Of a stretch of 64,000 bases of DNA, positions 1 to 15,500 are shown one piece after another. The position numbers and the translations under genes were made by a program. This DNA comes from Ministeria vibrans ATCC 50519 (taxonomy: Eukaryota; Protista; Filasterea). The stretch lies in NCBI GenBank assembly GCA_943704425.1, contig CALSCP010002759.1, forward strand, positions 1-64,000, in the 5' to 3' direction. Position 1 is the first letter of the stretch; every line of letters begins with the position of its first letter. The notes under the pieces are model-generated. The model saw only the letters and a program-made list of their open reading frames with translations. It had not been told where the DNA came from and did no database searches.

Positions 1-288
1 CCCTGCGCGGTACAGATGACCTACCTTGTTTCGGTCGGTGATGAGCAGCAGAAGGTGTTTGAGGAGCATTTGAGGCAGGTCGCCGCTGATTTGACTGCAA
101 TCCTGTGCCTTGGACGTCGAGAAGGTGCCGACAGCCTCGCTGTTCGAGGCCCATTCGCCTGCCCACTTTGACTCATAGGCGGCCTTGTTGCTTTCGCTGA
201 CGCGGTAGAAGTAGGAGGCCACGAGTGCGAGAAAGGCAACGGTTGCTATGGCGTACACCCAGCGTTGTTGACTCGCTTTCAGGTACAT
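1..288 (-). CDS. 5' end of a probable type II membrane protein (partial, runs off window)
   Basis: Open frame from ATG at 288 to the window edge: MYLKASQQRWVYAIATVAFLALVASYFYRVSES...; short basic N-terminus then one hydrophobic anchor. Not in the ORF track because there is no stop. Confidence 0.55.
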   Translation of the reverse strand, partial: MYLKASQQRWVYAIATVAFLALVASYFYRVSESNKAAYESKWAGEWASNSEAVGTFSTSKAQDCSQISGDLPQMLLKHLLLLITDRNKVGHLYRAG

Positions 289-402
289 GCTGTGTGGGTG
301 TGGGTGTGGGTGGGACGGGAAGAGGGGGAAGGCCAGTGCGTCGAGAGCTCGCTTGCCAAACGAGAAAAAATTGAAATTGAAGGATTCTTTCATATTAATA
401 AT

Positions 403-651
403 GAGACTGATCAAAAAAAAACCCGATTATTCTGTTATGGCTCGATATCGAGTGGTTATCTGGGCCTGATAGCCCGTTTTTTCCACTTTCTTTTGCACAA
501 ATGATCACCCAATTTGGTGCACAACTTCCACTTCTCGCTTGCGTTCCAAAATCCCCTCTTTGTGACAAACAATAGCAAATCACAAGTTTCAAAACGTTTT
601 TACTCGATATCGAGTTTTTGAAAAAAATCGGGTTTTTTTTTGATCAGTCTC
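403..651. mobile_element. MITE, 249 bp, 26-bp perfect TIRs, AAT target-site duplication
   Basis: GAGACTGATCAAAAAAAAACCCGATT at 403-428 and its reverse complement at 626-651; AAT at 400-402 and 652-654; palindrome CTCGATATCGAG at 441-452 and 603-614. Confidence 0.85.
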
Positions 652-731
652 AATTGTTATTACTATCATTGTATATTTTCTTCCTTTATTATTATTATTA
701 TTATTATTATTTTCCTTCCTTAGCAGATGGA

Positions 732-1631
732 CTAACTTTGCTTTCCCAATTGCATTTTGCGGAAGATTTCGCTTGAGGTGTAGATGAGACCATCGATGAT
801 GCCGGCAACGGTGAAGGTGCCGCCGACAATGGCACAGACGGTCGTGACGAAGTGGTAGAAAGGAGAGCGGTGTTCGCGGTACTCGACGGTGATAGGCGAC
901 AAGTCGTAGCGGAACCAGGCGGCAGGCGGGACAGGCCCGTGGTGCGACACGCTCTTCTGCGACTTGTATGCGTACGTAAGCTGGTACGCCTGGGAGGAAA
1001 ATTTGCGGGTGTGTTAGTATTGGACATCCTCCTCCCAGCTCTCCCTCCTCCTCTTACTTGGCGCACGTTGCCGTTCAGATCAACGTGCTTGGTCGGCACA
1101 ATCTTGATAAAGTACTCGTGGGCGTGGTCGCGCGTGTCCGGCACACTCGAGTGGTCGACGTTGGAGAAGGCGCGAAAGGACCCGCCCGTCTGCGACACGA
1201 GAGAGTCGTCGACCGAATCGCCCAGCGTCAGCTCATGGATGACGTGCCCGACGTCTGGCATAATCCCGCGCGCTGCTTGCTGCCCGTGTGTGCCAATGTG
1301 AAAGTTGCCTGGCACGCGTGAGACGGAAAACTCGCTGAAGAGATTGCAACCGATCCTACAGACAGGAGTGAGTTTTCGCAGTATAATTTACACACACTGT
1401 GAGACGCTTTACACTTTGTCTTCGGTCGGGTGTGGCACATCCTTCTTCTCCGTGTTGCTCTTGTACCCTACCTGGGAAGTACAAAACAATAAGAAACATT
1501 AAGAGAGAGAACAGACAACTCTGCTTGAGACGCACTTCGTGTCTTCCCAGACTATCTTGAATATCGAGGCCTGTGAGAAAAGGAGCGCAGAAGAACGTTA
1601 ATCGTTGTTGTAGCAGAGAAGCAAAGTAGCG

Positions 1632-1718
<87 letters not shown>

Positions 1719-1768
1719 GAAAGAAACAAAGTGATAGAGAGAGAGAGAGAGAGAAGAAAGAAACAAAG

Positions 1769-1806
<38 letters not shown>

Positions 1807-3930
1807 AGTGATAGAGAGAGAGACAAAGTGAGAGAGAGAGAGAGAAACAAAGTGAAAAACGTGTGTGTGCGTTTGTGTGTAAGTGGATGCGCTGCGCCAG
1901 TCTAGTAAGGTCTTACTCTGAAGTTGGGAGGAATGTGTATTGCGGAGCGGAAGATGGCGTCGAGGACGGCGTTGACGTGCTTTCTGAGGTTCTTCTGGAA
2001 GCGGTCCTGATCCTTCTCGGAGCATCGCGTAGGGTCCATTTCGCAGCTGACGGGGTCGCTCATGATGTCGTCGATGACCTCGTTGAGGGTCGCCTGGAGG
2101 TACTCTTGGCCGTGGAGCTTGAGGAACGCGTCGAAGGACTTGGTCACAATGGTGTTTCCGCGGAAGATGGTATTTGGGTCGGTGGTGGAGTGAATCTCTT
2201 TGCGTGCCAGCAGCTGAAGCAGCTCCACTGAGCGGTTGTGGTGCTCAAAAACGCGCACAAGTGACGCGGCGACCTCTTGCTTTTGTACGACAGCGCCTTG
2301 CAGAAGCCACAGCAGGTACATGTCGCACTAAAAGAACGGATGAGAGTTGCAAGAGAGAGAAAAAAAAGGAGAGAGAAAGAAGCAAGATGATAGAGAGAGA
2401 AGAGAGGGGGAGAAAGAAACAAAGCGATAGAGAGAGAAGAGAGGGGGAGAAAGAAACAAAGTGATAGAGACAAAGAGAGAGAACGTACGGCGTCGAGCAT
2501 CTTGTAGAGGCCCTCGTAGGTGCTGGCGGGGAATACGGGCTCTTCGGTGTAGCGGTAGCGAATGCGTGCTTGCCCAAAGTAGTTTGTGGCAGAGCCCTTG
2601 TCGGAGTCGTCGCCGTTTCTCTTCGAGGAATCACCGTCTCCACCTCCGCCGTAGGGATCGGCTGCTTCGAAGATGGACGCCAAGATGATGTCCTGGATCT
2701 CCAGAATGTACTCTTGTGCCTTGCTGAGTCCCGTTGACCTGCGCACACTGAAGCGCGGACGGAACTTTTTCAGTTTGTCGCCACGGCAGTTTTCGGGAAA
2801 CTGGACGGAGCATTTTTCGTGACTGTTGATGCCGCACTCGCGACACTTGACGCCCTGGCGAACGGCACCCCAGAGGAGACCATCGCAGACGGCGCACCAA
2901 GTGGGCGACTTGTACGAGTGGGTGGAAAAGTTGTGGCGTTGGGGCTCGGTGGTGGGAGTGAGCGGGTCGACGGTGGTGCGCGGGAGGAGGGTAATCCACT
3001 CGTGGTCGTGCGGACGGTCCCACTCGGCCTTGAGGTTGCCCAGGAAGATCCACGCTTGGCCCATAAAGTCGTCGGCGGAGAATCGGTCCCAGTCCCACAC
3101 GCTGATGTGCAAGATGTTGTGCTTGGGCTCGCCATCCTTGATGGGGATGACAAAATTGAACTGCTCGTTGAAGTCGGGGTCGAGCGTGCCCTTTTGGACC
3201 TTGCTCTTGACTGTCGTTTTCAGGTCCTCGTCGGGTAGGAGATGCATCACGACGTACGGGTCGCTGCGCCCCGATTGATCCTTTTTCACAAGTGCCTTGC
3301 CACGACGCAGATTGACGACGAGATGGTCGCGCGTGTCGCCGCTCACGTACCGCAAGTCGAGCAACAGCTGGCCTGTCACGACCCCTTCCGAGTCGGCCGG
3401 CTGTAATGGAAACCATCGCTCGTGCTGTTCGTGGTCGCCTACCATCTCCGAGTGAGGCAAGTTGACCATGCCAAGTGCACGATCGCCTATACATGTAAAC
3501 GTCCTTGAGCGACAAAACCAAATACTTCTGTCTTGACTCCAGCATGAGACTTACCGCCAACACGTCTCTCTTCCCAGACCACCACTTTGACGTCTTTAAG
3601 TTCACCTTTTAACGAGCTACAAGAGTGGCGAGGGGGTCAAAACGACGCAAGTTGACGTGTCCACTCATCACTTACAAGTAGAAATCATCGTTCCACAGCG
3701 GGTTCTTGTTCTTCTTGACAACTTTGGTACGCGCCTGTTCCATATTCAGAGGCTTGATCACGGCATAGGTGTTGCATTGATCTGTAAAAAGTTCAAAAAA
3801 AAAAAGTTCAAAAAAAAAGCTCAAACGTCATTATGGCAAAGCACAGAGAAGAAAGAAAGAAGAAAGAAGAAAGACCGAGACCACAGCACGAAGGGAGGGA
3901 GGGGGGGGGGACACACAAGCAGNNNNNNNN

Positions 3931-3962
<32 letters not shown>

Positions 3963-4625
3963 AAGAAACAAAGTGATAGAGAGAGAGAGAGAGAGAAGAA
4001 AGAAACAAAGTGATAGAGAGAGAGAGAGAGGAGAAAGAAATAAAGTGATAGAGAGAGAGAGAGGAGAAAGAAATAAAGTGATAGAGAGAGAGAGAGGAGA
4101 AAGAAATAAAGTGATAGAGAGAGAGAGAGAGAGAGAGAGGAGAAAGAAACAAAGTGATAGAGGGAGAGAGAGAGAGGAGAAAGAAACAAAGTGATAGAGA
4201 GAGAGAGAGAGAGAAATAACGTGTGTGGCTGATGCTGATTGTACAGACTTACCGACGTGGCTGCAGCTCATTCTGGGCAGCGTCATGTTCAAGCGCACGT
4301 TCAGCTTGCCGCGTCCATCCGTGTCGTCCACGTACAGCTTGCTTTCGACGTTGACCACGAGAAAGGCCCTAAGCAACGGCAGCGGATGATCGATCAGGCG
4401 AAACAAACACGTCTCAGCACTCTCACTGGAATTCGGTGATCAGCAAGAAGAAGATGAACAGACCGCTGAGCACAGAGACTAGAGGGGGCAACGAGCGAGG
4501 CGTGGTCAGCACACGAAGGCGAGGAGGGCATAATTGCACTCGATACTCATTGCGCCAGTGTAGGTTGGCTTCGTGAAATCCTTTGGGATCTTCCTGTACA
4601 CGTCAAAGGATCGAACGTCAAACAT
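732..4625 (-). CDS. ERGIC1: ER-Golgi intermediate compartment protein 1 (ERGIC-32), multi-exon
   Basis: Exons give MFDVRSFDVYRKIPKDFTKPTYTGA / ISVLSGLFIFFLLITEF / SKLYVDD..LNMTLPRMSC / GLDIQDSLGRHEV / PGNFHI..HEYFIKIVPT / AAWFRYDLSPITVEY..FVTTVCAIVGGTFTVAGIID; splice phases match across the long intron (about 1572-4252). Confidence 0.9.
1917..3781 (-). CDS. Internal fragment of a GAP1/RASA-like Ras GTPase-activating protein (C2-C2-C1-RasGAP), truncated at both ends
   Basis: C2A exon (ARTKVVKKNKNPLWNDDFY), C2B (SDPYV..KGTLDPDFNEQF..SVWDWDRFSADDFMG), C1 (HNFSTHSYKSPTWCAVCDGLLWG..QGVKCRECGINSHEKC), RasGAP start (DPNTIFRGNTIVTKSFD..GQEYL..SCEMDP). Confidence 0.85.
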
Positions 4626-4707
4626 TGAAGCGACACAACTTGATTTTGAAGTGAAGAATGTGTGATGTTTGAGAAAAAAATTAGTCAGTTATTCAAATTA
4701 TCCTCTG

Positions 4708-5413
4708 ATGCAAACGGTGCTTGTGAGCAGCATATCGCAGGCGACGGGGAATGCAGTGACTGTCCACAGACTAGCGCAGACCCTTGGTCATGCAGCCTCC
4801 CGGCCCTGTCGCGTTGTCAGTTGCGCTGACAAGCAAGTCAATTTTTCGACCGCCGCTCTCTTGGTCGCTCTCAATGCGTGGCGCTGCCGCCGCATTGTAT
4901 TAGAGTGCCCAGAGGCAGTGCCGATCGTTGTTATTCTCGGCGGCACCGACGTCAACGTGGCGTCTGCGGATCCGCTCCGCTCCGAAACTGTCCAGCGCGT
5001 CCTCAACAAAGCTTCGTACGTCTGAGTGTCCACAGGAGACGCCTCGCATTGCCACCAACTCCCCTTGCTTCCCCCCACTGACTGCAGACGCATTGTGTCC
5101 TTCACCGCCGAAATGCGGTCTCGCGTGGGGCAGCTCTGGCCCGCCTTGGTCGCCAAAGTGGTTGTCATTGAGCAGGCCGTGGACATTGCGCCCGATCTCG
5201 CTCTCGCCTGCGCCTACTCCTTCCGCTCCTCGCTTGGCTTTCGCTCCGACGATATCGGTATGCGTCTGTGTGTGTGTGTTTCTCTCTCTCTCTCTCTCTC
5301 TCTATCGCTTTGTTTATCACTTTGCCTATCACTTCGTTGCTCTCTCTATCACTTTGTGTCTCTCTCTACTCTTTCTCTTTTCTCTCTATCACTTTGTTTC
5401 TTTCTCCCTCCTT

Positions 5414-5446
<33 letters not shown>

Positions 5447-6159
5447 CTTTCCTTCCTTCTTTCTACCACCTCACCGTTGTCTCTCCATCTAGTGCTCTTG
5501 TTAATAGCGGGACTGAGACCGGTCAAGGACATTCTGTTCCTTGTCGACGCCATTGCCATCTGGCACAAAACGAACCCGCGTGTGCATTTGGCCATCGTAG
5601 GACCAGAGGTGCATACGCCCAGAAACATCATAGAAACGTGACTGAACACGAAAATTTTGTCTTCTTCACACAGTTGGACGCAACGTACGCGTCGCATGTA
5701 CGGCAAGAGATCGCACGCTATCCCACCTGTGTCCATATGATTGGCACACTACCACGCCCCCATGTTCTCGCAGCTATTCGCGAGGCGTCCTTTGTAGTCA
5801 ATACGTCGCTCAGCGAAGGCATGTCCAATGCGCTCCTCGAGGCTTTCCTCGTGGGCGCGACACCCGTTCTCGCGCGCGACAACCCCGGAAACCAGTCTCT
5901 CTGTCAACCCATCGACTCCCTTCCACTTGCACTTCTCTTTTCCACACCCACCGAGTGCATCGAACAGGCTCAGTCGCTCCTTCTCAACCCACACCAGTCA
6001 AAAGAAATGGTCGCAAGAGCACTTCACTTGGCACAACAGAAACACTCGTGTGAGCGCGAACTCGATCGCTACACTCACTTACTCTCCCACATGTCAAAAG
6101 ATCACCCCCATCCCCATGTAATTCAATCTGCAAATAAAAAATGTCCCGAGTACATGTGA
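4708..6159 (+). CDS. GLT1D1: Glycosyltransferase 1 domain-containing protein (GT4/GT-B fold)
   Basis: [46 protein letters not shown] motifs over several exons. Confidence 0.8.
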
Positions 6160-6170
6160 ACGAGTAAGGC

Positions 6171-8318
6171 TCAGGCGGACGGGCACTCCTTGAAGGCAGC
6201 AAAAGACGTAATGTACGTCGGCGAATTCTGACTTGTCAAGGTGAGCCGCAGCGCACTGACTCGGACGGGCGTCGCATTGAGCACAATTGCCAGCGAACCA
6301 ATGCCCGTCAGAGGCGACGCCGTGTCGAACGCAAGCCAGTCAGACGACCCACTCGTTTGGTACGTCACAGTGAATGAGCGAACACTGCAAAAAAAAAAAA
6401 AAAAAAATTAACAGTGATAAATAATAATAAATTTATTATTATAATTATTATTATCATAAAATTAATTATGGGGGTGAGTGACGTGTGACGTAAAGAGACC
6501 TTTCGCCTAGTCGCAGATCTTCCTTCATCGCAACACGATCAATCTCCGTCGGCTGATCAAACCACAGCTCAACCACTGGTCCCGTTCCATTCGTCTCTCC
6601 CACTACCAAAAAAAACACAAACAATATTAATAACTCTATTTTTTGTTTGTCTCCCTCCTATCACTCTTTGTATCGCTCTCTTTCTTTCTGCCACTCCGAG
6701 TGTTTCGTACGAGGGAAATCGTAGCACGAACGAATCCAGTCACCAAATTCCTTATAGCGCGCTGCGTGCGATGGCTCAACCAATCCCTACGACGAAAAAG
6801 CGAGTGTCGGACAGTGCTTCTCAATAATTCGTGTTGCTACATCGCGATTGATTGCAAAGTCCATCTCCATTGTTCCGCCATTGCCCACCGTGTGGTGGTA
6901 CACACTGATGAGCTCAGCCAGCGAGCGAATAGGAGTGCCGGGCACGTAAAACCAGTGGTCTCCCTCCTATACTCCACAACAAGTATTAGTCGCACACAGA
7001 GACGCACAGCTGTGGCAATACTTGGAGTGTCGTGTCACAGCCCTTGGGGCAGTAGTCGGGTGACGTGGGATCGCCAGGGCCCTCAGCACTGCCCTGTGCC
7101 CAAATGTGCGTCGGTGTGTTGCCCAGCTCAGTCCCAACCCAACAAACAGGATTGGCACTCGCGCCAAATCCTCCAAATGCCGCTGCAGAAGGCTGCAGTG
7201 TTGACAACATATCCCGCACACGATCGTGCAACTCGGGAATGACGCCACCGTCGAACCTAAGCACGAAAACAAAAACAAAATTTAAAAAGACAAGATCGCC
7301 CATAGACGCACAAACGTGCTCTCACAGTGAGCGTGAACAAAAACATTATAATTATAGTGGTAGAAAAAGAAGAAGAAGAAGAATCCAGCCCATCATATGT
7401 AATGAACATAAAAATGTAATACAAATAATTAGAAGAAAACGAAAAAGGAGATATTTCCATTCATTATCAATCACAAAACGAAAAGAGACAACACAAACAG
7501 TCAAACAGCTCAGAGCCACAGACAAATAATTAACATAATAATAATGCGTTCGTGAACCTACCAGATCTCCGTAAAGTTGCCGTAGTTGCCCCACAGCTCC
7601 TTCACCTGCGCCAGAATGATCTCCTCAAACTGCGCCTGGGTCATGTTCAACTGGCCCGGGAGCACGTTGCCGCCAAGAACGTGGCCGCTCAGGGCATTCA
7701 TGTAGAAGGAGTCCTTGAAGGAGTAGTAGAAGCCATGGCCCAGATTGGCCTTGGCGCACTCTGCAGCGAACTCGCCGACCACGTCGCGCTGGATCCCGCC
7801 CGGGCCAAACGTGTGATAGCCAAAGGCCTCGCCGGACGGCAGCGTCGTCTTGGTGGGCCACAGCAGGAAGCCACAGCCGTGTTTTGCGGTCAAGACGGCT
7901 GACTTGGCGCCCAGCGCCTTGTACGACGCAATCCAGTTTGCCACATCCAGCTTGGCCGGCGCAAACGATGCGGGATGTTCGCTGCCGTTCGCTCCGTTCC
8001 AGTTTCCCGCATTGCAGGCAGGATCGCCTGAGTGTGAGGAAGGAAGAGAGACAAACCCCCAAAACAAAGTCAACAAAGAGAAAAAAAAGCGAACCGGCAA
8101 ACACAGCTCAGACAAACACACGCTCTCGACCGGGGCAACGATGACAGGTGGAACGGGCGTTCTTGTTGTGTGCTACCGTCGTGGTAGAACGTCGCCATGT
8201 TGAAGTGTGTCAGTGCGACAATGCCGCCCGTCTGGTAGCGAGTCTGCGCCTTGTTTCCGTGCGGCACGACGGCTACAGTCGCTGCGGCGAGGGCGAGAAT
8301 GCCAACAAGCAACTTCAT
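6171..8318 (-). CDS. Secreted alpha-L-fucosidase (GH29) with C-terminal beta-sandwich domain
   Basis: Signal peptide MKLLVGILALAAA; HFNMATF; VLTAKHGCGFLLWPT; YGNFTEIW/FDGG (nucleophile Asp region); WVGTE; last exon ends ..AFKECPSA*. Confidence 0.85.
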
Positions 8319-8562
8319 TCAAATATAATATTATTAATTATGGAATAAGATAAAAATGTAATAATTATTATTATTATTATAAAAATATTGGAGTTATCTA
8401 ATACTTCCGCTTTAGGCTAGCCCCGAGAAGATGGAGCTCCCATAGACCCACAAAATAAACAAATACGCTCTGGCAGCAAGTACATGAGAAATTCGAGGAA
8501 TTCGAAGGCTCACACACATAATAATCATTAAGAAGAAACTTTTCCACTTTCACTATAAACCT

Positions 8563-12206
<3,644 letters not shown>

Positions 12207-12512
12207 ATGAAAAAAATATTCCGATAATCCGAATGAATAATGATTCGATTTTTGGTTTTGTAAGTGGAGAAAGTCTTCAAAGTGGCACTTTTCAACTACT
12301 ATGACAATATCACAATAAATTGGTATGCCACAGTCCACTGAGTCCAGTGACTACTGACTAGTGAGTTCACACTCGGCACTCCACTGACTCCACCGAGCTG
12401 AGAGCATTTTCAGAGCAATGAGACTTGAGAGCATTGTAATCAAACACAATCAGTCGACCGAATAATTATTCAAACAATAAAATGTAAATATCAAAATATT
12501 TCCGTCTCCCTC

Positions 12513-15500
12513 ATGTCTAAATCTGAATCAGACCCCGAAGGAGGCTGCTCTCGGGCAATTGCGCGCTACCACGGCCAAGTGGCGCGCATCTTTGGACGCT
12601 ATGGAGGTTTGCGCTCGGTTATATCCAAAGTTTGCTCATTTTGACAAACCTGCTTCTAGAATGGTGCTGGGATCATGGCCGGCTGCTCACGTTTGTGGGT
12701 GTCGTCATTCTCGTTGTACTCTCTGCCGGCCTCAGTCAAGCAGAGAAGGAAACGGTAAGAAGCCCTTTTTTTTTTTTTTTTTTTTTTTTCGCAAGTGAAC
12801 TTTTTAAACGCTCGCATCGTTTTACGTTGCGCAGGAGATCGGACAGCTATGGATCGAGACTGGCTCGCGTATGGTGGAGGAGCGCCAGTTCTACGACTCG
12901 AAATTCGGAGGGTACGCGGTCGTAGCAAAGTGTCATCGTCGCTCACCTCACACGCCTCCTCTGGGCCGCGTTGCAGCCTCACGCGCCAAGAGCTTGTTGC
13001 AATCACCGACAGGGATGGCGGCAGCATCGCAACCGTGAGCCATCTCGATGCGCTTATGGCGTCATTGGTACTTTTTTCTCCTGTCCTTTTTTTTTGCTTA
13101 AATCCCGATCCACTCACCTTTCGATGTGGACAACACGCGAGCCCAATCGGATATGATTTTATGCGTGGGGTGACTTGAATACGCCCGTGTATTGTTGTGG
13201 TCGTGCATCGGGGCGCTTTACAGTGCTTTGCAGTGCGTTGCGGTTACAAAAAAATCCGACGCTGACCATGACTGGTTTTTTTTTTTTTTTCGTTCTCGAT
13301 CAGATCCCGATCGGCAAAGAAAACGAGGCTGCGCCATCAACGAATCCCGACCAAGTCGAACTCAAGAGTGTCATTGGGGGTACCGCCAGGACATGGACTG
13401 AAGTGAACTTTTGCGAGGTGCGATCGGGAAAAGTCCAACAAACCGCAATATATCGCTTATTCTCCTCTTTCTCTCTTTCTCCCTTTCTCTCTCCCTCTCC
13501 CCCTTTCCCTCTCCCTCTCGTCTAGCGCCCCACCGTCCCCGTGCTGTTCTCGCCCAATCCGTCGTCGCCGTACTTTGTCACGGGCAACTTCTTGGCATAC
13601 AGCTACCAGTACATGACGCAGTGCATCAGCACCGCGTCAGCTGGAACCGTCATTGCCGATCCGCTGCCCGCCGGATGGGGCATTGACCGCTTTCCGTGCA
13701 CGCGCACCACTGTCCTCGACTGCTTCAAGGAAGGCAACTACGACTACCCGCTTGCCATGCAGCAGCTCGACACCGTCTCCACCACCATGTTTGGCTTGTC
13801 GCAAATGAACGCGTCCACCACGGCCGGCGGTGCTCTCTGGGCCAACTGCATCGACCAGCTTACCACCAGCATGTCTGCCGTCATTGGCGCTCCAACCAGT
13901 AACTATCAAAGACACTTTCAATCATAGATTCCTCTGTCATTTCTCTCTCTATCCCATTGTTTCCTTCTGCCTTCTCTCACTTTGTTTTCTTCTCATCTCA
14001 TTGTTTTTTTTTTTTCTTTTTTTGTAGCTGCTGCCATTGTGGGCCAACTTGAGACGCAAGTGGTTCCGCTATTCTTCTCGTGGGGCTACCATTGGCGTCC
14101 AAGTTACTCGAACATGACTGAATCGGAAATCCTGACGTACCTCACGACGGCCATCCAGTACGGCAAGACGGACGCAGTGCAGGTGGCTCAGTGCATTGGA
14201 GGTGCTCTGCCGTGCTGTCTGAACTGGTCGGGCCGCAAGGTGGAGGATCAGCTCATTCTGGGCGGCCTCGAGTACAACAGTGCCGGCACTCTGCTCACCA
14301 AGATCACCGCCACACGCACCGTCTTGAATAATTACAACGAAAACCACCCGACGTTCGTGTCACGCTCGGGCCTCACGAGCGCATCCGACCGCGAAGACCT
14401 TGTGCTCGACTGGGAGACTACTCTCATTGACTACTTTGACCCACTGTACAAGGCGGAGGCGACGACGGACTTTGGGGCGGGTCAGGTGTACGCCAACTCA
14501 CGCCTGTATTACTACACTGACCGTAGCACCGAGGACGTTGTCTCGCTGGGCTCCTCCGTTGACTCGGTCCTTTTGATCATCAGTTACATTCTGTGCTTTG
14601 GCTATGCTCTCTGGTCGCTCGGTCGTTACTCTCCTCCCTGTTCCATCAACAACTTTGTCTACTCCCGCACTCTCTTGGCCATGTACGGTCTTCTTATTGT
14701 TGGCTTGTCGACTGTCGCTGGTTTTGGACTGGTTAGTTGATGAGAGTGAGAGTGGTGCGTGAGCGTGTCTCCCCCTGGGGATTAAACGTCTTTTTAGATT
14801 TCTTACTGTGGGGTAAAACTGTCTGCAATCAATCTAAACTTGGTTCCATTCCTCTCGCTTGGACTGGGCCTGGATGATCTCTTTGTGCTCACCCACATTC
14901 TCATGGACTTGTAAGAGAAGCACTCTCAGTGTGTCCACTGAGTGAGTGGACCTCTCTTGAAGCGTATGCTAATGTATATATTGTGTGTCATAGTCATCAC
15001 CGACAAAACGAGCCGCGTCGGCGCATGTACGATGTGCTGGCGGTGGGCGGTGAGTCTGTCTTCCTGACCAGTCTCACCAACTTCTGTGCCTTTATGATTG
15101 CCAGTATCACTCCAGTGCCGGCAGTTCAAGTACGATCATACAACACAACACCGCACCATCACACTGTCACTCACTACTTAACTGCACAAGATGTAGCCCC
15201 TTCACTCACACTCACTGTTTCTTGTCACACAAAATTATTGTGTTCAGGTTTTCTGCTACCAAATGGCAACGACCGTTGTGACCAACTTTTTGTTCCTGTT
15301 CCTGTTGTACATGCCTGCTGCTGCGTGGGACTCGTACCGCGTCAGCCAGCGCAAGACGGACTGTCTCTTGGGCCCGGCCTGTCTCACTCCTGGTGAGATT
15401 GTCTCCGAGTCCAAGTCGACTGCTGTTCAGGTATGTGTGTTAGTTACGTTGACTCGGCTCTTGTGTCGACTCTGATATGTATGTGTATAATAGGGATTCA

